In this document: positions 38,795 to 47,686 of the stretch, one piece after another
How the letters are laid out: the number at the start of each line of letters is the position of its first letter
How positions within the stretch are numbered: the first letter of the stretch is position 1
Source of the DNA: an uncultured Gammaproteobacteria bacterium
GTDB taxonomy: Bacteria; Pseudomonadota; Gammaproteobacteria; JBBQDK01
Assembly (NCBI GenBank): GCA_963778665.1
Contig: CAVZVG010000003.1
Coordinates: 128,813-192,812 of the forward strand
Direction of reading: 5' to 3'
DNA: 64,000 nucleotides
The notes under the pieces: generated by a model
Told to the model about the DNA's origin: nothing
Seen by the model: only the letters and a program-made list of their open reading frames with translations
The model's database searches: none
Translations under genes and position numbers: made by a program

Positions 38795-41700
38795 ATGACG
38801 CACAATCCTCGCAACCTTCTAAGCGGCATCGTCATCCGTTTTCTGCTGTTGGTTTCATTCTTCGCTCTCGCGCCGTCGACCGGGTCTGCCGCTCCAGACA
38901 AGCCGCAAGTGAAAAATGCGCAGGCCTTGATACATCGGATTGCCCCGACAAAACCCGGGCACACACTACTGACGGACGCGGTCTACCACGACCAGATCGT
39001 GGTCAAATTCCGGGAAGGGACCCGTATCCGTCTGCGCAACAAAGTGCTGAAGGCATTGAACGGAAAGAACCTGGCACAACTTCACGATATGCTCGACAAA
39101 CACGGCAGGCCGCGCGTCAGTCGCTTGTTCAGCCGTTCCGAGGCGGGTCTTGACGACGATAAGACACGTGGCGAGGCTCGTACCCATCAGCAGCTCGCGG
39201 ACCTCAATCTGTACTACATGGTCCAGCCGCCCAGTGGTGCGAGTGAACAGGATGTCGAGTCCTTGATCGACGATCTCAACGCCATGGATATCGTCGAGAT
39301 CGCCTATCCGGAACCCAAGGCCGAACCGGCCGCCGCCGACATCCCACCCACGACACCCGACTTCGAAGCGGATCAGGGTCACCTGAATTCAGCACCACAG
39401 GGTGTGGACGCACACTATGGTTGGACCCTGCCCGGCGGCCAGGGTCTGGGTACCCGGTTCATCGATGTCGAATACGGCTGGCGTTCTACCCACGAAGATC
39501 TGAAGGCGCCCTTCTTCGCAGCGGGCAATTTCAGCAGCGGCACCTTAAGCGGCAACTCGTCCAACGACAACCACGGCACAGCGGTACTGGGAGAGATTCT
39601 CGGCGACGCCAACGGTTTCGGTATCACCGGCATCGCGCCGCAGGCCGAATATGGTGTCTCCTCCGCCACGCAGGGCGTCGCCCAGGCCATCAACACGGCC
39701 GCGGCGCAGCTGTCGCCCGGCGACGTCATCCTGATCGAGTTGCACATGAAGGGTCCCGCGTCGGGGCAGACCTGCACCTGCAACTGCGGTCAGTTCGAGT
39801 TCGTGCCGATGGAATACACTCAGGCCGACTTCGATGCGATCAAGGCGGCCACGGCCAATGGCATCGTCGTCGTCGAAGCCGGCGGCAACGGTTCGATGGA
39901 CCTCGATTCAGCGATCTACAAGGGAATGTTCGACCGCAACGTACGCGACTCGGGTGCGATTCTGGTCGGCGCGGGCAATAGTACGAATCATGGCCCCACC
40001 TGCTGGACCAACTACGGCACGCGTATCGACGTCCAGGGCTGGGGCAATAACGTCTATACGACAGGCTACGGCAATCTTTTCAAAGGAGACACCTCCGCAC
40101 CGGATCCGAATCAGTACTACACGGCGACCTTCTCTGGGACCTCCAGCGCCTCGCCGATCATCGTCGGCAGCGTGCTGGCGATGGAGGGATATCGCAAGCA
40201 GAACTACGGCACCGTCATTGCGCCCGAGCAGATGCGTCTGCTGCTGTCCATGCTGGGAACGCCCCAGGCTTCCTCACCCAAGCACATCGGCCCTCTTCCG
40301 GATATCCATGCGATGGCCGACCGTATGGGCGTGGATTCCGATCTCGACGGGCTCACCGATCAGCAGGAAGTCCAGTTCGGAACCGACATCCACCAGGTGG
40401 ATACTGACCACGACGGTGTATCCGATTACCGGGAAGTCTGTTACGACGGAGATTGCTCGACCTACAATCCCGCACCTGGCGGCGGAGACATGAATGCACT
40501 CGATCCGGATACCGATCACGACGGACTGACCGACGGGGACGAACTGCTGTTGTACGGCAGCAGCCCCGTGGCGATCGACGGCGATGGAGACGGTCTGTCG
40601 GATTTTGATGAAGTTCATGTCTATGGGACCAACCCGGGCAAGAGCGACAGCGACGGCGACGGCCTGAACGATCAAGAGGAGATTGTCCAATACCACACCG
40701 ATCCGCTGAATGCCGATAGCGACGGCGACTTGTTGAACGACTACGACGAAGTCATCACCTACCATACCGACCCTAACAACCCCGACAGCGACGGCGACGG
40801 ATTCACCGATGGCCAGGAAGTCCAGGCCGGCATGGATCCGCTGCAGTACGACGGGGAAGCCCATCCGTGGCTGGGCACGGTGACTGGCCGCGTGACGACG
40901 CCGGACGGTCGGGGGCTGGCAGGGGTGACGTTCTGGGATGTCACGAAGTATCCGCAGACGGTGACCACCGATGCGAACGGTTACTTCGTGCAGCGTGGTT
41001 ACACCAGCGGTCAAACGGTGTACTTCAACACTTTCGGAGTGCCGGGTTACACGCTGACGCCTTCCGGTTGGAGCGGTGCGCCGTTCGCCCACTCCGGCGG
41101 CGCGGAGGTGGCACGCAACTTCATCGCCACGCAGAACACCGGCACGGTGTCGGGACGGGTGACGAAGGACGACGGCAGCGCCCTGGCGGGGGCGACGTTC
41201 TGGGATGTCGTGAAATACCCGCTGACCTTCACCACGGCGGCGGACGGCTCGTTCATCCAGACGGGGTATCAGGCAGGACAGACCGCCTACTTCAACTACT
41301 TCGTGGTGTCCGGCTATTCGCTGACGCCTTCCGGCTGGAGCGGTGCGCCGTTCATCCACGACGGCAGCGCAATGACGGGCAAGGACTTCGTGGCCACGCA
41401 GAAGACGGGCACCGTGTCCGGGCGCATCACCTCGCCTGACGGCAAAGGCATCTCCGGACTGACCTTCTGGGACGTCCAGCGTTACCCGCAGACGGTGACC
41501 ACGGCGTCCGACGGCTCGTTCATCCTCACGGGCTACAACGCAGGCGACAACGTATTGTTCAACACCAACGGTATATCGGGCTACATGGTTACGCCTTCAG
41601 GCTGGAATGGCCAGTCCTTCACCCACGACGGCAGCGCCATCAAGCATCGTGACTATGTGGCGGTGCCCAACGGCAGTACAACCTGGTTGGGCACGGTAAC

Positions 41701-42490
41701 TGGCCGCGTGACGACGCCGGACGGTCGGGGGCTGGCAGGGGTGACGTTCTGGGATGTCACGAAGTATCCGCAGACGGTGACCACCGATGCGAACGGCTAC
41801 TTCGTGCAGAGTGGTTACACCAGCGGTCAAACGGTGTACTTCAACACTTTCGTGGTGCCGGGTTACACGCTGACGCCTTCCGGCTGGAGCGGTGCGCCGT
41901 TCACCTACTCAGGCAGCGCGGAGGTGGCACGCAACTTCATCGCCACGCAGAACACCGGCACGGTGTCGGGACGGGTGACGAAGGACGACGGCAGCGCCCT
42001 GGCGGGGGCGACGTTCTGGGATGTCGTGAAATACCCGCTGACCTTCACCACGGCGGCGGACGGCTCGTTCATCCAGACGGGGTATCAGGCAGGACAGACC
42101 GCCTACTTCAACTACTTCGTGGTGTCCGGCTATTCGCTGACGCCTTCCGGCTGGAGCGGTGCGCCGTTCATCCACGACGGCAGTGCAATGACGGGCAAGG
42201 ACTTCGTGGCCACGCAGAAGACGGGCACCGTGTCCGGGCGCATCACCTCGCCGGACGGCAAAGGCATCTCCGGTATCACGTTGTGGGACGTGACCAAATA
42301 CCCCCAAACGGTCACGACGGCATCGGATGGCTCCTTCACCATCACCGGTTATCAGGGTGGGGAGAATGTGCTGTTGAACACCAACGGAGCCACGGACTAT
42401 GACATCACACCTTCGGGATGGGATGGCCAGACCTTCGTTCACGACGGCAGTGCGATCACCAAACGCGACTTCATAGCCGTGCACAAGTAG
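38795..42490 (+). CDS. secreted S8 (subtilisin-like) peptidase with TSP3-type Ca-binding repeats and six carboxypeptidase-regulatory-like domains
   Basis: Signal peptide. Catalytic triad contexts D (FIDVEYGW), H (NHGTAVLGE), N (VVEAGGNG) and S (FSGTSSASP). DxDxDG repeats (DTDHDGLTDGDE, DSDGDGLND). Six ~90-aa repeats of the form GTVTGRVTTPDGRGLAGVTF.... Confidence 0.8.
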   Translation: MTHNPRNLLSGIVIRFLLLVSFFALAPSTGSAAPDKPQVKNAQALIHRIAPTKPGHTLLTDAVYHDQIVVKFREGTRIRLRNKVLKALNGKNLAQLHDMLDKHGRPRVSRLFSRSEAGLDDDKTRGEARTHQQLADLNLYYMVQPPSGASEQDVESLIDDLNAMDIVEIAYPEPKAEPAAADIPPTTPDFEADQGHLNSAPQGVDAHYGWTLPGGQGLGTRFIDVEYGWRSTHEDLKAPFFAAGNFSSGTLSGNSSNDNHGTAVLGEILGDANGFGITGIAPQAEYGVSSATQGVAQAINTAAAQLSPGDVILIELHMKGPASGQTCTCNCGQFEFVPMEYTQADFDAIKAATANGIVVVEAGGNGSMDLDSAIYKGMFDRNVRDSGAILVGAGNSTNHGPTCWTNYGTRIDVQGWGNNVYTTGYGNLFKGDTSAPDPNQYYTATFSGTSSASPIIVGSVLAMEGYRKQNYGTVIAPEQMRLLLSMLGTPQASSPKHIGPLPDIHAMADRMGVDSDLDGLTDQQEVQFGTDIHQVDTDHDGVSDYREVCYDGDCSTYNPAPGGGDMNALDPDTDHDGLTDGDELLLYGSSPVAIDGDGDGLSDFDEVHVYGTNPGKSDSDGDGLNDQEEIVQYHTDPLNADSDGDLLNDYDEVITYHTDPNNPDSDGDGFTDGQEVQAGMDPLQYDGEAHPWLGTVTGRVTTPDGRGLAGVTFWDVTKYPQTVTTDANGYFVQRGYTSGQTVYFNTFGVPGYTLTPSGWSGAPFAHSGGAEVARNFIATQNTGTVSGRVTKDDGSALAGATFWDVVKYPLTFTTAADGSFIQTGYQAGQTAYFNYFVVSGYSLTPSGWSGAPFIHDGSAMTGKDFVATQKTGTVSGRITSPDGKGISGLTFWDVQRYPQTVTTASDGSFILTGYNAGDNVLFNTNGISGYMVTPSGWNGQSFTHDGSAIKHRDYVAVPNGSTTWLGTVTGRVTTPDGRGLAGVTFWDVTKYPQTVTTDANGYFVQSGYTSGQTVYFNTFVVPGYTLTPSGWSGAPFTYSGSAEVARNFIATQNTGTVSGRVTKDDGSALAGATFWDVVKYPLTFTTAADGSFIQTGYQAGQTAYFNYFVVSGYSLTPSGWSGAPFIHDGSAMTGKDFVATQKTGTVSGRITSPDGKGISGITLWDVTKYPQTVTTASDGSFTITGYQGGENVLLNTNGATDYDITPSGWDGQTFVHDGSAITKRDFIAVHK
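40868..42487 (+). repeat. 816-bp near-identical direct tandem duplication inside the S8 peptidase gene (2 units, each 272 codons = 3 domain repeats)
   Basis: Unit 1 40868-41683; unit 2 41684-42487. Only a handful of substitutions, e.g. QRGYTSG versus QSGYTSG. Confidence 0.75.
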
Positions 42491-42550
42491 CACAGGACGG
42501 ACGCCCGGCGCATGCAACACGCGCCGGGTAGCTCCGCTCGCCGTCATGAG

Positions 42551-42606
42551 AAAAAGGGGGTCGGTGACAAATCGCAATCGTTCCCATTTGTCACCGACCC
42601 CTTTTC
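42551..42606. terminator. bidirectional rho-independent terminator
   Basis: AAAAAGGGGGTCGGTGACAAAT..loop..ATTTGTCACCGACCCCTTTT. A perfect 21-bp stem flanked by an A-tract and a T-tract between convergent genes. Confidence 0.65.
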
Positions 42607-42752
42607 GAACCAACCGTACCGGAGACCGGTAATCGAGAGCTCGGTAGGGTGGGCAACGTGTTGCCCACGCGTGACCTGTCGTTCTCTGCGACGCTTTCAT
42701 GTCGATCTGCCGCGCTTTCACGTCACGCGTGGGCACGAACTACGTGCCCACC

Positions 42753-44529
42753 CTACATTGTTCTGCCTTTGTTGGTCGGCAGTGTCATCGGTATCGGTTG
42801 CTTGATGATTTTCCCAGGCCCCAGCAGGCACGGCGTCTGATCGTACTTGAGTGTCTTGAGTTGTTTTTCCACCAGCTTGTTCAGTTCATGGAAGCTGGGA
42901 TTTTCTCCCTTTGCCCGGTGCGTGTGCAGGACGGTGGCGAGGCTGTAGGTGTAGGCGCCGTAGGATGTCACGCCGTGCCGGTACTCGTAGGAGAGTTGGT
43001 TTTCCTGGCAGGCTTCCATGATGACGGGCAGATAGGGGCCGTGATGGCCGTAGTCCTTGCGGCGCCGGTCGTATTGCTTTGTTGCCAGCGAGCGCAGTTC
43101 GACGCCGCGGCCGAAACGGTTGGTGGCGCCTTTGCTGCCGACATACGCCGTGCCTTCCTTGGAGTCGGCGAGTCCCTTGTTGGCGGTGGTGAGCGGGCGG
43201 TCTTGCCACATCTGCAGTTCCACATTCCAGCGCATGGCGCGATGACGGATGTCGTCGGGCGGGCTGATGCCGCGCACGCGACGGGCGCCGTCGCGACTCA
43301 TGCCGCCCGAATGACAGCAATCGAAGATGGCGACCAGCAGGCTGTCATAGGGAAGCTGCGAATAGAACTCCACGAACTGCTTGTCGATGATCGCGTGCTC
43401 CGGTGACCAGTCGAAATCGTAAGGCACCAGGCACTCGTCGATGTGATCGACCTCGTCCTGCGAACCGTAGGCGGGGATCTGCGCGCCGTGACCGGAGTAG
43501 AACAGCACGCGTTCGTCGCCGGCCTTGGTGCCGTCGAGCAGCCAGTGCAGCCGGTCCATGATGCCTTTTGCGGTGGCGCGGTCGTCGAGCACGACGCGGA
43601 TCTCTTCCGGTTCGAAGGTGCTTTCCTGGAGCAGCTGGCTCATGAGAAAGACATCGTTGACGCAGCCGTCCAGGCGGTTCGCGGGGTCGGGGTAATCGTT
43701 GATGCCGATCAGCAGCGCGCGGCGCGTCGGCTTGGCGCTGGCGCTGCCGAAGGCCTTGATGCCGCGACTCACGGCCTTGCCGAGGCTGGTGCCGGACGCC
43801 TGTCGCCAGACGGTGTTCTCGGCGTTGACATGCGCGAGGTAATGAGCGGCGTCGTGGTTGATGATGTCGTTCGGGATGTCGAACTCGGTGATCACCTGCG
43901 AGAAATTGTCGGCGGCGATGTTGAGCTGCGCGGTCATGACATGATCGTCGGGGTTGAACAGGTGATACCACTTGCGCGCCGCCAGCGGCTCGATCCGTCC
44001 GGCGAACACATCGCGCACGAACGGATTGCCGATCTGGGAACCGAAGCTGACGAAATACTTGCCCTCGATCGCAGCGGCGTTCTGCCGGAAGGTATCGTAG
44101 CTGATCAGCGAGCCCAGACTGTGGGCGCAGACCATGTCGTAGGAACCGGCGCCGACCTTGTCGAGCAGCGCCTTGCGGGTCCTGGCGCGCAGTTTGTCGT
44201 CGGCGGTCCATTGCGCGACCATGCCGGCGGTCCACTTGACCTGCTCGGGGAAATCGAAGAAGCCGCGCGAGCGCGTGAAGAGATCGCCGACGCCGTGCAC
44301 GATGCCGCTCATCAGCAGTTTCGCGACGGCTGCCGAGTAGGTGGCGAGATTGCTCTCGGCATCCTGGAAATAATCGTCGTAATGCAGGAAGTCGAGTTGG
44401 AGTTGCGTGTCGGGAGACCATCTGCCGATGGCCGCGGTGATGGCCCGGGTCCAGGAGGGCACCAGTTGGGGGTCCGCCTCGCCGTGGCCGACACCGTGGA
44501 CACAGAGGATATTCATTGTCTTCGCCATA
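42753..44529 (-). CDS. fusion protein: N-terminal alpha/beta-hydrolase (lipase-like, GHSLG) plus C-terminal caspase-like C14 peptidase (metacaspase/CHAT-type)
   Basis: N-terminal oxyanion HG (MNILCVHGVGHG) and nucleophile elbow CAHSLGS. C14 His (VLFYSGHGAQ) and Cys (IFDCCHSGGMS) dyad. AGGGA Shine-Dalgarno before the MAKTM start. Confidence 0.7.
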
Positions 44530-44960
44530 TCAGGTTCCCTCATCTTGGCTGTGGTGGTGAAGCGGCGCGAATGTCCGCTTCTTGGTCGGGATGCGTCGAG
44601 TCGGCGGGTACTTGCCGTGCGGCATCCATGGCTTGGTGCTGTGTTGTTCAGTGCGGAGTGTCGGCAGGACTATTGTTCGGCGTGTGTCGGGCATGCGTCA
44701 AGCGTTGCCGGGTGGCATGCATCGGTGGGCGGCGCAAACCCGGGTTTCACTGCGTTCAACCCAGGCTACTCGATTCCTTTCCGCCAGCAAAACCGCGTTG
44801 CCGGCGGCAGGTTATTGCCGTGCGGGCTGTGCTGTCGAATCGGTGATGCCATCCGAGACAACGGCTTACGGACTGGCTTCACCCTATGCACAAGTCGGAA
44901 CGAATCTTGCCTGAGACCAGGTAACGACTGCTTATATCAGGTGCGACCCGAGGTGCTGCA

Positions 44961-45788
44961 ATGCGAATCCAACTGCCTACCATGAACAAGTCCAGCCTCA
45001 TCGGGCTGCTCGCCGGTGCCGGATTGGTGCTCGGCATGATGCTGCTGGTGCCGGCACACATCGGCGTGTTCTTCAATATCCCCGGGCTGCTGGTGGTGTT
45101 CGGCGGCACCCTGGCGGCGACCGTGGTGAGCCGGCCGATCGCCGATGTCAAACGCGTATTGCGCAGTCTGCCGGAGCTGGTCGAGGATAAGGATGATGCG
45201 GTCTCGGCCGAGGTCGAGATCGAGCAGTTGCTGCGGGTGGCCGAGTGGTATCGGCGCGGCAATCTTTACAACGCCGAACTGGAGCTGGAAAGGATCCAGA
45301 ATTCTTATTTGCACGGCGGCATCCGCATGGTGTTCGACGCGGCGCCTCTGCCGGATCTGATCAAGGTACTGCAATGGCGCAGCGCCGGCGTGCGCATGCG
45401 CGAGCATGCCGACTCGCAGATCCTGCGTACCATGGCCGCGCTGGCGCCGGCCTTCGGCATGCTGGGGACCTTGTTCGGTCTGGTGCAGATGCTGTCCGGC
45501 CTGGGTCACAGCGGCCTGCAGGAGATCGGTGCGACCATGGCCTTCGCCATGTCGGCGACGCTGTACGGCATACTCTCCGCGAATCTGGTGCTGAAACCGC
45601 TCGCCATCAAGATGGAGCGGCGCACGCAACGCCGTCTGGTGCTGATGAACATGCTGCAGGAAGGCATCCTGCTGTTGTATGAACGGCGTCATCCGATGCT
45701 GATCCGCGAAACCCTCGAGGCCTATCTGGCGCACCAGGCGGAAGCGTCCTATTCGATGCTCCCGCTGACCCTTGTGAAGGCCGCCTGA
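44961..45788 (+). CDS. MotA/TolQ/ExbB-family proton-channel protein (stator A-like)
   Basis: 275 aa, 4 TM. Conserved LAPAFGMLGTLFGLVQM and ATLYGILSANLVLKPL segments. Confidence 0.7.
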   Translation: MRIQLPTMNKSSLIGLLAGAGLVLGMMLLVPAHIGVFFNIPGLLVVFGGTLAATVVSRPIADVKRVLRSLPELVEDKDDAVSAEVEIEQLLRVAEWYRRGNLYNAELELERIQNSYLHGGIRMVFDAAPLPDLIKVLQWRSAGVRMREHADSQILRTMAALAPAFGMLGTLFGLVQMLSGLGHSGLQEIGATMAFAMSATLYGILSANLVLKPLAIKMERRTQRRLVLMNMLQEGILLLYERRHPMLIRETLEAYLAHQAEASYSMLPLTLVKAA

Positions 45789-45789
45789 C

Positions 45790-46860
45790 ATGGCCGCCGT
45801 GCTGCGGCCATCATTCGCGTTGGCGACATCCGACGGGGTCAGGCATTCGTCGCGCGCGCCGCGCCAGACCAATGATTTCATCGACCGGCGCGCCCTCGTC
45901 GACGTCATGGCCGTCATGGAGAACGTGCATCCGCAAAGCAGCGACGATGAAATCTGGATGATCAGCTATATGGACATCATGACGCTGCTGCTGACGCTGT
46001 TCGTGCTGTTGCTGGCCTTTGCCAGGATCACGCCGCAGGCGCCGCATGTCGCGCCGATGGCCCAGGTGACGGAGCACAAGGTGGTCAAGAGCAAGCCGGC
46101 GCAGGCTGCAGTGCACACCGACACGCCGATCATCGAGGCAGTGCCGGTCAGATCGGCAGCGATCCTTTCCCCTGTCGTTGTCGTACCGACAGCGCCTGCC
46201 GCAAAGCTGACGCCGGCAGTGAAGCCGACGGAAAGAACCAACAACACATCTCCGGTATCCGCGCCGCTGAGCATGGCTGCACTGGGTATTTTCTCATCGG
46301 TGGATGCGCTAAGGCCGCCGTTGAAGGCGGCGCCGCGGAATGTCGTGCCGCTGCGCCAGGAAGTTCCTGCCACGGTTCCCACCGTACCGGCTGCGGTCGC
46401 GGCGCGCGAGAAACTGCTCGAGTCGGTGCGGACCAGCGCCCTGGGTCAGCATATCGAACTGACCTCCGACCAGGAGAATGTCAATCTCGAAATCAGCGAC
46501 AACATCCTGTTCGACCCCGGCAGTGCGACGCTGAAACAGCACGGCCTGCAACTGCTGGATGAGTTGGCGAGCTTGCTGAGCACGCAGGATTGCACGGTAT
46601 CCGTCGAAGGTCACAGCGACAATGTTCCGTTCGCCAATGCGCACTTCGCGTCGAACTGGGAATTGTCGGCCACCCGTGCCACCAACGTGACGCGTTATCT
46701 GATCGCCCATGGCATCGCCGCCGCACGCTTGCGTGCCATCGGCTACGCCGACACCCGTCCGCGCGCCGACAATGACACGGTGCAGGGCAGGGCGCGCAAT
46801 CGCCGTGTGTCGCTGGTATTGCACATGCCGGTAGCGCCGCAGGTTGCGGCTACTGAGTGA
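45790..46860 (+). CDS. MotB-like protein with C-terminal OmpA-family peptidoglycan-binding domain
   Basis: TM/plug WMISYMDIMTLLLTLFVLL. Pro/Ala-rich linker. OmpA-like domain (NRRVSLVL). ATG begins 2 nt after the motA-like stop; the start may be later, ~45907. Confidence 0.7.
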   Translation: MAAVLRPSFALATSDGVRHSSRAPRQTNDFIDRRALVDVMAVMENVHPQSSDDEIWMISYMDIMTLLLTLFVLLLAFARITPQAPHVAPMAQVTEHKVVKSKPAQAAVHTDTPIIEAVPVRSAAILSPVVVVPTAPAAKLTPAVKPTERTNNTSPVSAPLSMAALGIFSSVDALRPPLKAAPRNVVPLRQEVPATVPTVPAAVAAREKLLESVRTSALGQHIELTSDQENVNLEISDNILFDPGSATLKQHGLQLLDELASLLSTQDCTVSVEGHSDNVPFANAHFASNWELSATRATNVTRYLIAHGIAAARLRAIGYADTRPRADNDTVQGRARNRRVSLVLHMPVAPQVAATE

Positions 46861-46887
46861 CGATCGGGGAATGAATCGGAACTGCCA

Positions 46888-46988
46888 GAGCGATAGCTGA
46901 CAAAAAACGATTGACCACGGAGAACACGGAGAAGGACTGTCTATGGCATCCTCAATGCTCTCCGTGTCCTCCGTGGTTAATGCTTTCG
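46888..46988. repeat. family A inverted-repeat element
   Basis: GACCACGGAGAACACGGAGA at 46913-46932 and TCTCCGTGTCCTCCGTGGTTAATGCTTT at 46960-46987. Confidence 0.55.
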
Positions 46989-47033
46989 GTTGTTACACGG
47001 TCAGAGAAAAAACCTGATCCGGCCGTTCTTGGA

Positions 47034-47609
47034 TCACCAATGCCGAACGCGTCCCACGTCCACGTGCACGAAATTCGATTTCGGGTAATAACCGACGCCG
47101 CCACGTCCGAGCGACAGCGCGGCTTGCCGCAGTGTGATCAGCGAGCGATCGGGCAGGAAGATGTCGGCGGCCATGCCTTCCATGTGCAGACTGTGGCTCG
47201 CGACACCGCTGCTGTGGGCGTGCAGGTAGGCGTTGGTGGCCGGTGAACGATAGCCGGAGATGATGTGAAAGGCCTGATGCGAACCGAGTGTGACCTGCAG
47301 GGCATAGAGCAGGTCCAGCAGGCGCGGGTCGATGGCCTTGACCTCGTTGGTGCGATGATCGCGCAGGATGTGATTGATCTCCGCCAGTCCCTCGGGCACA
47401 TAGTGACCGTGCTCCCAGTAGTCGGTGCGCAGCGATTCGCCGGTGTGGGTGTTGTAGAACGACAGTGGCCGTTGCTTCAGCGGACCGATCTTGGCGAAGG
47501 CGGGGCCGGCTATCATGCCGGCGGCGGTGAAAGCGGCCAGTTTGAGAAAATTGCGCCGTTTTAGACTCGTCGGCTTTACATCGGTGCCGGGCGTAAGTAT
47601 TGACGTCAT
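47034..47609 (-). CDS. mepK: DUF882/YcbK-family peptidase M15-like protein with Tat signal (MepK-like murein LD-endopeptidase)
   Basis: Twin-arginine motif KRRNFLKLAA. YcbK-family core. Sits downstream of the LdtD-like gene, as for E. coli ycbB-ycbK. Confidence 0.7.
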   Translation of the reverse strand: MTSILTPGTDVKPTSLKRRNFLKLAAFTAAGMIAGPAFAKIGPLKQRPLSFYNTHTGESLRTDYWEHGHYVPEGLAEINHILRDHRTNEVKAIDPRLLDLLYALQVTLGSHQAFHIISGYRSPATNAYLHAHSSGVASHSLHMEGMAADIFLPDRSLITLRQAALSLGRGGVGYYPKSNFVHVDVGRVRHW

Positions 47610-47686
47610 GGCGTCCCCTGAATTTGTTCAATACAAATCAATAAGTTGTGTTCATTGTACATAAATAGTAGGTCTTTATCCCCGAC

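Noticed and set aside
44961-46860. Zorya antiphage system (ZorAB)
   Set aside because: The MotA-like protein is 275 aa without the long ZorA C-terminal tail, and no ZorC/D/E-like genes follow.
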